Shown one piece after another: positions 37,124 to 45,327 of a stretch of 62,156 nucleotides of DNA. Within the stretch, counting starts at the first letter, position 1; every line of letters begins with the position of its first letter. The notes beneath the pieces were generated by a model that did not search any database, was not told where the DNA came from, and saw nothing but the letters and a program-made list of their open reading frames with translations. Both the position numbers and the translations under genes were made by a program. Source of the stretch: Minisyncoccota bacterium (lineage in GTDB: Bacteria > Patescibacteriota > Minisyncoccia > Phycocordibacterales > UBA9973); the NCBI GenBank assembly GCA_036517535.1, contig DATDVS010000005.1:1-62156 (forward strand), read 5' to 3'.

Positions 37124-39064
37124 TTACTCCACCACCCTCTCCCCGCCAGTCGGAAATGCCGGATCGTTGGAGAGCCGGGTATAAAGCGGCGCTTTCGTTG
37201 CCTTCACATCCACATTAGCAAAATCATCATGGCCCGTCAAAACAGCTTCATTTACGATAATGGGCACCGTGCCTACCTGGGAGAGCGAAGGTGCAAAGAT
37301 AATTTGGAAAGAAATCTCTTTGCTCGGCAAGGACACCCCTGTGCCCTTCGGTATGCGGCCCACATTCCATACGAGTTCCCGGGTCGAGGCGTTGTAGGCA
37401 AAATTCTCGCCGCTGGGAGTAAAGGCGCCAGCAAAAGATACCCACTGGGGCAGACTTGAGCGAACTGTGCCTTTCGAAATATTGTTGGCGGTGTTGGTGA
37501 GAGACCACACTACCGTATAAGTCGTTTTCTTTTCCGCTTTTGGAGGTATCGGGCCGCTGTTGGCAAAAGGCCCGGAGTAATAAAGGGCCTTGGTGGCAAA
37601 CCCCACATCGGAGGCAATGCGAACCGTGGAGGAGGTGGAGCTATTGAGCGTCGTAACTTCGTAGCCGGAGAGCTCCTGCTTGCCGGAAATACTTATTTCA
37701 ATGTTGACCAACGGGTCCACCAGTATCCCACCCGAGGATCCAAAAACGGAAACCGGAGGGATGAAGAAAGAAACCGAGCCGGACTCCCCCGGGCTCACTT
37801 CCCTAAACCTGCTTTCGGAATTTCGATCCCAGGTTATTGTGCCCCCAGCCGAATCATAGAAACCGGATCCGCCATCTATTTTCTTTTTATCAACGGCATT
37901 CCCGGAAATTTTTGCGGTGATCACAAGATCGTTTATTTTCGTTTCCAGATTGTTCGCCCAAGTAATCTCCGCATTTATCGGAGTTGCCGTGTCAACGGAA
38001 TATTCGCGCTGATAGGCACCGTTGACGGAGAGTCTCGCTTCTACGGCGGATTTTTTGATTGCCACGGTATGCCCGATGGAATTGAACACAACATCGAGAT
38101 TTGATTTGTTGGTACTGGACTGGGAGCCGGTAAATATATGAAATGTTTTTTCCTCTCCGTCGGACACATCAAGCATGCGGCCCTTTATGGTGATCGTTTT
38201 TTCCGCCCCCGGGGAAAGGTCGCCCAGATTCCAAACATTGTTGCCGAATGAAGGCTTGGGGGAAGCCTCGGTGAAAGCAAAACCGACCGGATAGTCGGCA
38301 GAAACGAGAATAGCAGGAGAGGGCTTGGTGGCGTTGAGCGATGCCTTGATAACAAGCGTAAGCTCCTGATTGGGAGATATGGAGTCCGGCGCCTCTACGC
38401 TTAAGTTTATCGGGGTTGAATTTATGGAAACGTCATAGAGTTTCGTTTTGACGAAAATGGCATTCGATCCCTCTACCCGATACTCCAGCGAAATTTTTAT
38501 CTGCTTGGTACTGCCCTGCTCTCCGAACAAAGTTAGTTTTACATTCTCACTGCGAACGGTGCCCGCCGGGATGGTGCCGAGCGACACCCTAATGCGCTCG
38601 GTGTCCTGCAAATTTGCGGAAGAACTTTTCGGATACTCGAGCACCAGATCCACCAGCTGGAGCGGCGAACTGTTTTTGTTCGTTATCTCGAGTTGCAGGG
38701 ACAATTCTTCCCCCCCGGATGTATAGGCGTTGCCAAAGACTGATATTTCGATATTTTCGGGCGAAACAGTGTTGCCTCCGGCGAAAAACATGTAAGAACC
38801 GTAGACCATCGCCAGGAGAAGAAAACTTAAAGAGAAAATAAAAAGCTTCTTGAAAAGAGAAGTTTTCATGAAAAATTTTTCGCCAAAGTTGGACATACCT
38901 TCTTGAGCGGATTGCCATGAATCCGGGATGTTTTTGGGCTTGTGGCGCGTAAAGGCATCATGGCGTTCTATCCTCATCTCGTAATCTTTACTAAACAGTC
39001 TGCCTTTGAGCTCCTCTAAGCGGTTTAATTTGTTTCGGTCTTGATTTTTCTCCCCCGGCGGCAT
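37124..39064 (-). CDS. large membrane-anchored extracellular protein (repeated beta-sandwich-like segments)
   Basis: 646 aa; cytoplasmic N-terminus, one TM (LFIFSLSFLLLAMVYGSYMFF), long beta-rich ectodomain. Confidence 0.5.
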   Translation of the reverse strand: MPPGEKNQDRNKLNRLEELKGRLFSKDYEMRIERHDAFTRHKPKNIPDSWQSAQEGMSNFGEKFFMKTSLFKKLFIFSLSFLLLAMVYGSYMFFAGGNTVSPENIEISVFGNAYTSGGEELSLQLEITNKNSSPLQLVDLVLEYPKSSSANLQDTERIRVSLGTIPAGTVRSENVKLTLFGEQGSTKQIKISLEYRVEGSNAIFVKTKLYDVSINSTPINLSVEAPDSISPNQELTLVIKASLNATKPSPAILVSADYPVGFAFTEASPKPSFGNNVWNLGDLSPGAEKTITIKGRMLDVSDGEEKTFHIFTGSQSSTNKSNLDVVFNSIGHTVAIKKSAVEARLSVNGAYQREYSVDTATPINAEITWANNLETKINDLVITAKISGNAVDKKKIDGGSGFYDSAGGTITWDRNSESRFREVSPGESGSVSFFIPPVSVFGSSGGILVDPLVNIEISISGKQELSGYEVTTLNSSTSSTVRIASDVGFATKALYYSGPFANSGPIPPKAEKKTTYTVVWSLTNTANNISKGTVRSSLPQWVSFAGAFTPSGENFAYNASTRELVWNVGRIPKGTGVSLPSKEISFQIIFAPSLSQVGTVPIIVNEAVLTGHDDFANVDVKATKAPLYTRLSNDPAFPTGGERVVE

Positions 39065-39082
39065 CCCCTAATAATACCATAT

Positions 39083-39613
39083 TTATAAGTGGGTTTCTTT
39101 CAGCACCTTGTTTATCTCCCGCAAGATTACCAGGCGATGTTCCGGCAGATAATCGAGGTCCCGCATATAGCCCAGGTGGTGGAGAATGCGCAGAACCAGC
39201 ATCGCTTCCCGATGAGGAATTTCATTGCGCGGGGCTTTTTCCAAAAGAAAAAGCCCCGCCAGAACATCCGCAAAGAGCTCGGGATTGGCATCCTCCCCCG
39301 CGAGCAGACGCACCAAGAGGCGCGAAACATTTGCGAAAATTTTCAGATTCTCTTTTTTTGTTTTTATTTCCTCCAATAAATTAGTCTTGGAGGCGCTCGT
39401 AATCCGCCAGAAATCTTTCCCCCGCACCAGATCAATTTTTACATAAGCATAATCCTGGAGGATAAAACGAAGCTTGGAGGGCATCTTGCGCACCCCGGAG
39501 GCGGAGGCATAGATCATGCCCAAGTCGCGGGTAAAAATATTGTAATACTTCCCCGCCTCGCCGTAATTCTTACTCCCCAGTATTATTCCTTCCGTGTGAT
39601 AAATATGGTGCAT
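39083..39613 (-). CDS. recO: DNA repair protein RecO (short)
   Basis: 176 aa; N-terminal OB region HTEGIILGSKNYGEAGKYYNIFTRDLGMIYASASGVRK typical of RecO. Confidence 0.6.
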   Translation of the reverse strand: MHHIYHTEGIILGSKNYGEAGKYYNIFTRDLGMIYASASGVRKMPSKLRFILQDYAYVKIDLVRGKDFWRITSASKTNLLEEIKTKKENLKIFANVSRLLVRLLAGEDANPELFADVLAGLFLLEKAPRNEIPHREAMLVLRILHHLGYMRDLDYLPEHRLVILREINKVLKETHL

Positions 39614-39619
39614 AATTAT

Positions 39620-39630
39620 ATTTTATCACA
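39620..39630 (-). promoter_or_regulatory. extended -10 TGTGATAAAAT, 6 nt before recO ATG
   Basis: minus strand TGTGATAAAATataattATG. Confidence 0.5.
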
Positions 39631-39654
39631 CTTACCAACACACATACTTAATAC

Positions 39655-39687
39655 AACACCTCTTCGCGACCGCGATAGAGTGTTATG
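39655..39687. repeat. 33-nt repeat with core palindrome TCGCGACCGCGA, copy upstream of the recO promoter
   Basis: AACACCTCTTCGCGACCGCGATAGAGTGTTATG; 32/33 identical to 40168-40200. Confidence 0.85.
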
Positions 39688-40156
39688 AGGGCTTTTTTAA
39701 TCTAAACACTCGAACATTTTTATTGATACCGAGAAGTGCTAGCCGCTCGTTGAATTCTTTGGGGAGAGGACCATAACCCAGCCACAAGCTCTTATGGATC
39801 ATTTCAAAATCCCAATACTTTATCTGATTTCGAAGCCAATCCCTAATCTTCTTTTTAGTTTCAGGTATATCAAAGGAAATTAGAATTTTTTCAGCTTTAT
39901 TTGGAAAAATATCTTTCATTACTGAATTCCTGTTAATTGAAAATTTTAGGAGTTTTTCGTTGGAAATACAGATTGTATTGCCATTGGCCTGAATAATCCC
40001 CTTTTTGCGTAGACGATAAAGATGCTGCTCGAAAGCGCCGGTACTCATCTTCTTGTGCCTTGCTTTCATTCTCGACCACAGTATTTCCTTGTAAATCTTC
40101 GTTGAGCGAGCAGAAAACAAAAAGGCAATTAAGTGATCTAGGGCGGTAGGCTTCAT
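39683..40156 (-). CDS. PaaX-like transcriptional regulator (wHTH plus Cas2-like ferredoxin fold)
   Basis: 157 aa; FEQHLYRLRKKGIIQ (wHTH) and ILISFDIPETKKKIRDWLRNQIKYWDFEMIHKSLWLG (PaaX C-terminal-type motif). Confidence 0.55.
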   Translation of the reverse strand: MKPTALDHLIAFLFSARSTKIYKEILWSRMKARHKKMSTGAFEQHLYRLRKKGIIQANGNTICISNEKLLKFSINRNSVMKDIFPNKAEKILISFDIPETKKKIRDWLRNQIKYWDFEMIHKSLWLGYGPLPKEFNERLALLGINKNVRVFRLKKPS

Positions 40157-40167
40157 GGGTATATCAT

Positions 40168-40200
40168 AACACCTCTTCGCGACCGCGATAGTGTGTTATG
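40168..40200. repeat. 33-nt repeat with core palindrome TCGCGACCGCGA, copy overlapping the regulator gene's own promoter
   Basis: AACACCTCTTCGCGACCGCGATAGTGTGTTATG; its TGTTATGAT end forms the -10, 6 nt before ATG 40156. Confidence 0.85.
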
Positions 40201-40206
40201 TGTAAA

Positions 40207-40842
40207 TCATAATTCTTCTTCTTTACCAAGTTCCAATTTTTTAAATAAGATATTGTCTTCTTTAAGAATATTCTCAGGAACTCTGTATATAAAATCTGCC
40301 CAATCATGAATGTGCGCATCGTGTACCGGAAATACTACCCTCGCTTTAAGCATCTTGGCATAATCAATAGCATCTTTAATTCGCATCCAAGGACCTGTTA
40401 TAGGCAGAGCTAAAATATCTACCTCCGATTGTGGATTTTCAAAAGCATCACCGGGAAAACATAAATTATTTATCATGTAGCCCGTATTTTGAACTCTGCC
40501 ATAGGTGTTATAAATTTCAGCGTGTAAATTACCAAAGCTTTTTATATTAATTCCACTAAAATCAAAAGTTTCGCCGCCTTCGACTTTATTAAATTCTATC
40601 CCAGCCTCTATGAGCAATTTGCCCACAGCGGTATTAGTAATAATTTTTGCCTGGGGATTGTTTTTTAAAACTTCTTTTAAAGTATCCAGGTGGTAATGGT
40701 CTTGATGTTCATGAGTATATAAAATAAGATCTATACCTGTTTCGTTCTTTTGGGAAGTCGAAAAAGATCCTGGGTCAGTCATTATCTTCTTTCCGCCTAT
40801 GTCTATCACCAAGCAACAGTGCCCTATCTTTTTGATTTTCAT
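40207..40842 (-). CDS. MBL-fold metallo-hydrolase
   Basis: 211 aa; HEHQDH (HxHxDH) motif. Confidence 0.8.
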   Translation of the reverse strand: MKIKKIGHCCLVIDIGGKKIMTDPGSFSTSQKNETGIDLILYTHEHQDHYHLDTLKEVLKNNPQAKIITNTAVGKLLIEAGIEFNKVEGGETFDFSGINIKSFGNLHAEIYNTYGRVQNTGYMINNLCFPGDAFENPQSEVDILALPITGPWMRIKDAIDYAKMLKARVVFPVHDAHIHDWADFIYRVPENILKEDNILFKKLELGKEEEL

Positions 40843-40846
40843 TCCT

Positions 40847-43800
40847 CTATTTTATCACAAAACCCCGCAGCTCTGCGATTATAGGTGCTACCGTCTCGTC
40901 AGTGATATCTTCGGGCTTTATTGTTGAATTTTTAAAGATTTCCTTTTCTATACCCAGACCACAAGCGATAAGTTTTACTCGATTTTCGTCCACAAAAACA
41001 TCCTCTCGGCCTTTATATCTGACTTCCGCTTCATCCATCCTAGCTTGATACGACATAACTCCACGAGGAGCTACACGCCCATCTGCATAATGCGCAATTT
41101 TCACATTTATGTCGGAATTTTTTAACTGCGTACACAAGAGACTAAACCGATTGCTTTGCGCGATATGAATTACCCTATCAGGCACCCCTATTTCCCGCAT
41201 TAACATTTCGTTAGCGGCGTGCTCATCAGAACCATATTTAGAAACAAATTCATTTTTAACTCCCATCCAATAATCTAATCCTTCCGGCTCATAAAAATCA
41301 GGTAAACTTTCGCTTTTGAACTTAATTATATTCCCTATATCATGCAGTAAACACGCTGAAATAATATTTCCCTTTTCAACTTTAATATTCATTGAATCGC
41401 ATATCAAAGACACTACGGCGGCAACGCGCAGCATGTGCATCTGCAGGGTCGGCATTATTTTATATTTCTTATAAATCTTCTCAATGCTTAAAGGCATTTT
41501 GTCGCCCGGGTTAAGGCCGAGCTTCTTGCGCATATCCTGAAGCTCCCGCATAAACTCGCGGTACTCCCCCTCCGCCTTGAGCGCCGGCGTCATGTTTGTA
41601 TCGAGACTGAACGTTCCAGTTGCGCCATAATTTTTAACATTCAACTCCTCTTTTAGAATCTCCACATATTCTGGCGCAAAGGCGGGCCCGGTCGCGCTCA
41701 AAATCGGTTGCCGGACCGGAATATTTTTTTCTTGTCTTTCTTTCAATAATGTCGAAACGCTATCGCGCACCTTTGCCATATCTCCAATTACAGTTGATTT
41801 TCTGCCGAAAAATCCGAAAAATCCTTTCTTCTTGAACGCCGGCCAGAGTGCCAAATGCACCGACTTTTCATCTTTCTCATTTTTTAACTTAAGCCATATG
41901 TCTTCCGCCGTAAACGGCGCGAAGGGAGCGATAAGTTTGGATAAAGTTTTCAAAACAAAGTATAAAGTTTGCTTCGCTTCACTGTCCCCTTCCTTTATTC
42001 GCTCGCGACTGCGACGCAAGTACCAGGTAGAAAGGTCATTGATGAAGTCTTTCATCGCCCGCACTGGCTCGAGTAGTTTGTAATTGTCTAAATTTTTTGT
42101 ATTGAGTTCTATAACTTCGTCGAGCCGAGCCAAGATCCATTGATCTAGGATGTTATTAGAATTAGGTTCTAGGTTATAGCTTCTAGCTTCTAGTGAACGA
42201 TCTCGGTAAAGCTCGTAAAAGGCTAAAATGTTGTAGAGCAGTCCAAAAACCTGGCGATGTAATTCGAGAACTGTTTTTTCATCGAAATTTTTCGACTCTC
42301 CCGGCTGATTGACCGAATACATCCACAGGCGCAGGGTGTCTACGCCGTATTTATCCATCATCTCCCACGGGTCCACTACGTTGCCGAGCGACTTGGACAT
42401 TTTTTTGCCTTTCGCGTCCATCAAATGCCCCAGGCAAATTACATTTTTGTATGCCTTGCCCCGCCCCATCAGCACCCCCACCGCATGAAGGGTGTAGAAC
42501 CAGCCGCGGGTCTGGTCTATGGCCTCGGAAATAAAGTCCGCCGGGTAGCCCGGCCCCTCCACCCACTCTCTATTTTCAAACGGGTAGTGGTCCTGCGCGA
42601 AGGGCATGGCGCCGGAATCAAACCACACGTCCATAACCTCTTTTGTGCGGATTAAATCTCCGCCGCAGGCTTGCCCTGAGATTGTCGAATGGGCGCACAC
42701 GAGCTCCACCTCATCAATATAAGGGCGGTGTAAGTCGAGTTCGTAACTGGCATCATGGGGAAAGGAAGTAAAAGGAATTTCTTGAACTTCCGCAGTATCG
42801 AACATAACACGCTCGTTAAAATTATCGCTCGTATGCCAAAGAGCAAGATTTTCCATAGTCCAAATTGGACCACCGTGAGAAACTATGAGAATATTTTTAT
42901 TTTGATACTTATTCTCCAATTCAAACAGAAATTCGCCCGTCCTTTTTCGTACTTCTTTAAAATCTGCTTCGTTAAACTCATGCAATCGATCCTCTATATG
43001 AAACATTTCATCTTTCAACCCAAGTTCCGCCTTAACTATTTGGGAAGTTTCCCGAGTACGCAGGAATGGAGAAGTGAAAATAAGATCAATTTTTTTATTC
43101 TTCAATTTTTTTCCTGATTCCGATGCCTCATTTTTACCTTTTTCAGTCAGGTGGTTATTTGGGTCGCCCTTAGGGTCTAGAATGTGCTTCGCGTTATCGA
43201 TTGCCTCGCCATGACGCATAATGAAATATTTGTTTCCGGATTTTTTGGCTTTGTTCTTTAATTCATCTAGGCTGCCTATGACATGCCTCTTCTTGCATTT
43301 AGTGCAATCCCATACCGGCAGTGGCGTGCCCCAGTAGCGCTCGCGGGATATCGCCCAATCCTTGATCTCGCGCAACCATTCGCCGAAGCGTCCGCCCTGG
43401 ATGTGTTCCGGCTCCCAGTTGATGGTTTTGTTCTCGACGATCATTCTGTCTTTAACTTTCGGAGCCGACATTTTGATGTACCATGAATCGCGGGCATAAT
43501 ATATGAGCGCAGTGTGGCATCTCCAGCAATGCGGATATGGGTGTTCGTATTTTTCTTTTTTAAAAAGGAGTCCGCGTAGAGCGAGATCTTTAATCACATC
43601 CACCGCCACCGCCTCGTCCCGCACAAACCTGCCTTCAAATATTCCGGTGCCGGGTAAAAATTTCCCGTCGAGCCCGACTAGGTGATGTTTCGGCAATCCC
43701 ACCTTGGTTCCGAGCTCAAAGTCATCCTGTCCGTACATTACCGCGGTATGAACGATGCCAGTACCGTCCTCCGTGTTTACGAAGTCCGCCGCATATACCT

Positions 43801-44755
43801 TGTACGCCTTGGTAAGGTCGGACCTTGGGGAATTCTTACGGTCCGACCTTAAGGACTCTTGGAGAAAAGGATACAGCGGCTCGTATTCCATACCTACCAT
43901 TTCGGATCCGGCATGCTCGGCTATGACCTCGTACGGTTCCGTTAGGATGGCGAGCCTGTCTTTAGCTAGAACTAAAATTTCATTGCCTACTTTCACCTCC
44001 ATATACATAACTTTTTCTCCCACAGCGAGAGCCACATTACCGGGTAATGTCCATGGCGTAGTCGTCCAAGCAAGAATGTAAGTATTCTCCTGCCCTTTAA
44101 CTTTAAACTTAGCTGTTACAGACAGATCTTTTACATCTTCATACCCCTGCGCAAGCTCGTGCGAGGAGAGCGCGGTGCCGCAACGCGGGCACCAAGGTAC
44201 AACTTTGTAATCCTTGTATAAAAGTTTTTGTTCGTCTACCTTTTTTACGACATTCCAAAGAGATTCGATATATGAATTGTAATATGTAACATACGCATTC
44301 TCCTGGTCCGCCCAATAACCCATTCGCTTGGTAAAACTTTTCCATGATTCAACATATTTCCAGACACTGTCTTTGCATTCTTGATTGAATTTCGCGATTC
44401 CATATTCTTCGATCTCTTTTTTTGATTTAATTCCTAATTCTTTCTCAACCTGTAATTCCACAGGCAAACCGTGGGTGTCCCATCCGCCCTTGCGGCGCAC
44501 ATGGTAGCCGCGCATAGTTTTGTAGCGTGGAATGGCATCTTTAAAGGAAAACGGCACCATGGTGTGCAGTACGGGCTTGGAATTAGCTGTCACTGGGCCA
44601 TCGTAGAAGACAAACTCACCTTTGGACGACTTCTTCTCCAGTGATTTATTAAAAATTTTATTCTCGCGCCAAAACTCGAGAATTTTTTCTTCTCTTAAGG
44701 CTGATTCTGATTTACTTGCCCCGAGCTTAATCGAGGGGTTTGTTTCTTCGCTCAT
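40847..44755 (-). CDS. ileS: isoleucine--tRNA ligase with inserted histidine-phosphatase domain and C-terminal HD domain (start moved to MSEETNPS...)
   Basis: 1302 aa; IleRS core (WDTHGLP, editing-domain TTTPWTLPGN, GTGIVHTA, WISRERYWGTP, KMSKSLGN); RHG...SHG histidine-phosphatase segment at 42746-43237; LLHDIGN HD segment at 40850-41467. Confidence 0.9.
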   Translation of the reverse strand: MSEETNPSIKLGASKSESALREEKILEFWRENKIFNKSLEKKSSKGEFVFYDGPVTANSKPVLHTMVPFSFKDAIPRYKTMRGYHVRRKGGWDTHGLPVELQVEKELGIKSKKEIEEYGIAKFNQECKDSVWKYVESWKSFTKRMGYWADQENAYVTYYNSYIESLWNVVKKVDEQKLLYKDYKVVPWCPRCGTALSSHELAQGYEDVKDLSVTAKFKVKGQENTYILAWTTTPWTLPGNVALAVGEKVMYMEVKVGNEILVLAKDRLAILTEPYEVIAEHAGSEMVGMEYEPLYPFLQESLRSDRKNSPRSDLTKAYKVYAADFVNTEDGTGIVHTAVMYGQDDFELGTKVGLPKHHLVGLDGKFLPGTGIFEGRFVRDEAVAVDVIKDLALRGLLFKKEKYEHPYPHCWRCHTALIYYARDSWYIKMSAPKVKDRMIVENKTINWEPEHIQGGRFGEWLREIKDWAISRERYWGTPLPVWDCTKCKKRHVIGSLDELKNKAKKSGNKYFIMRHGEAIDNAKHILDPKGDPNNHLTEKGKNEASESGKKLKNKKIDLIFTSPFLRTRETSQIVKAELGLKDEMFHIEDRLHEFNEADFKEVRKRTGEFLFELENKYQNKNILIVSHGGPIWTMENLALWHTSDNFNERVMFDTAEVQEIPFTSFPHDASYELDLHRPYIDEVELVCAHSTISGQACGGDLIRTKEVMDVWFDSGAMPFAQDHYPFENREWVEGPGYPADFISEAIDQTRGWFYTLHAVGVLMGRGKAYKNVICLGHLMDAKGKKMSKSLGNVVDPWEMMDKYGVDTLRLWMYSVNQPGESKNFDEKTVLELHRQVFGLLYNILAFYELYRDRSLEARSYNLEPNSNNILDQWILARLDEVIELNTKNLDNYKLLEPVRAMKDFINDLSTWYLRRSRERIKEGDSEAKQTLYFVLKTLSKLIAPFAPFTAEDIWLKLKNEKDEKSVHLALWPAFKKKGFFGFFGRKSTVIGDMAKVRDSVSTLLKERQEKNIPVRQPILSATGPAFAPEYVEILKEELNVKNYGATGTFSLDTNMTPALKAEGEYREFMRELQDMRKKLGLNPGDKMPLSIEKIYKKYKIMPTLQMHMLRVAAVVSLICDSMNIKVEKGNIISACLLHDIGNIIKFKSESLPDFYEPEGLDYWMGVKNEFVSKYGSDEHAANEMLMREIGVPDRVIHIAQSNRFSLLCTQLKNSDINVKIAHYADGRVAPRGVMSYQARMDEAEVRYKGREDVFVDENRVKLIACGLGIEKEIFKNSTIKPEDITDETVAPIIAELRGFVIK
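40849..40859 (-). promoter_or_regulatory. extended -10 TGTGATAAAAT, 6 nt before ATG 40842 (inside the ileS 3' end)
   Basis: minus strand TGTGATAAAATagaggaATG. Confidence 0.5.
43814..43850. repeat. R1 palindromic element, in frame in ileS
   Basis: AAGGTCGGACCTT GGGGAATTCTT ACGGTCCGACCTT; coding strand [14 protein letters not shown]. Confidence 0.9.
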
Positions 44756-44990
44756 AAAATAAAAACTCGTCCACGAACTACAACCGAAGTTATAATTCAA
44801 GGACGAGTCTCAAGCCCGTTTACGGTGAGCTTGTCGAACCGTGGTACCACCTTGTTTGCTTCTCATTTACTGGGTTCTACTTTTCGCAAGGACGGTCCTT
44901 GTGAATTTCTCCCCAAAGCTCGGGCCGTTCAAGGCTCTGAATAGCCTCTCAGGCTCACGAAGAGGTGATGTCCCCTTCAACGCTTGTGCA
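44756..44990 (-). promoter_or_regulatory. T-box-like riboswitch leader of ileS
   Basis: minus strand contains AAGGTGGTACCACGG (T-box core GGUGGUACC) at 44840-44851, a 5' hairpin GAAGGGG-ACAUCA-CCUCUUC (44959-44978) with AUC+A in the loop, and a terminator. Confidence 0.5.
44760..44810 (-). terminator. intrinsic terminator at the 3' end of the ileS leader
   Basis: minus strand ACTCGTCC-28 nt-GGACGAGTTTTTATTTT, ending 5 nt before the ileS ATG. Confidence 0.6.
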
Positions 44991-45008
44991 TTTAATATAT
45001 CATATTCG

Positions 45009-45051
45009 AATAAAATGCGAAACGGACCGTGGGTATACCCCGACGGTCCGT
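45009..45051 (-). terminator. hairpin terminator after the small ORF
   Basis: minus strand ACGGACCGT-CGGGGTATACCC-ACGGTCCGT followed by TTCGCATTTTATT. Confidence 0.55.
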
Positions 45052-45079
45052 CTTCTTGTTGTGCGCGGACTAAAACGGA

Positions 45080-45280
45080 CTAAAAACTGTCAGCAAAAAG
45101 GCAGAGCAGGGCCTCTTTGTTGGCCCTTTTCGTACCCCCATGCTGATCGCAGTATGGTCCGAAAACGATGGTGGGTTCATCTTCCACCATCATTCCCACT
45201 GCCGGGACTGCGGTAGGAATCTTGCACTCCCGGCAACTCATCAGCCGGGTGGTCCCGCCGATTCTCAGCGTAGTATTCAA
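45080..45280 (-). CDS. possible small Cys-containing (CxxC...CxxH) protein, TTG start
   Basis: 66 codons; GGAGG 6 nt upstream of TTG; own terminator. The region is GC-rich and hairpin-dense, so a structured RNA is an alternative. Confidence 0.3.
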   Translation of the reverse strand: MNTTLRIGGTTRLMSCRECKIPTAVPAVGMMVEDEPTIVFGPYCDQHGGTKRANKEALLCLFADSF

Positions 45281-45327
45281 GGGGCACCTCCGTTATTTTT
45301 ATTACCATATGCTGAATAAAAAGTAAA

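Noticed and set aside
45200-45300. Resemblance of GGAGGUGCCCC...GCUGAGA...ACCACCC (minus strand) to the 5' half of a TPP riboswitch.
   Set aside because: The pyrophosphate-sensor half (ACCUGAUCUGGAUAAUGCCAGCG-like) is not present, and no thiamine-related gene follows. The similarity is limited to short strings.
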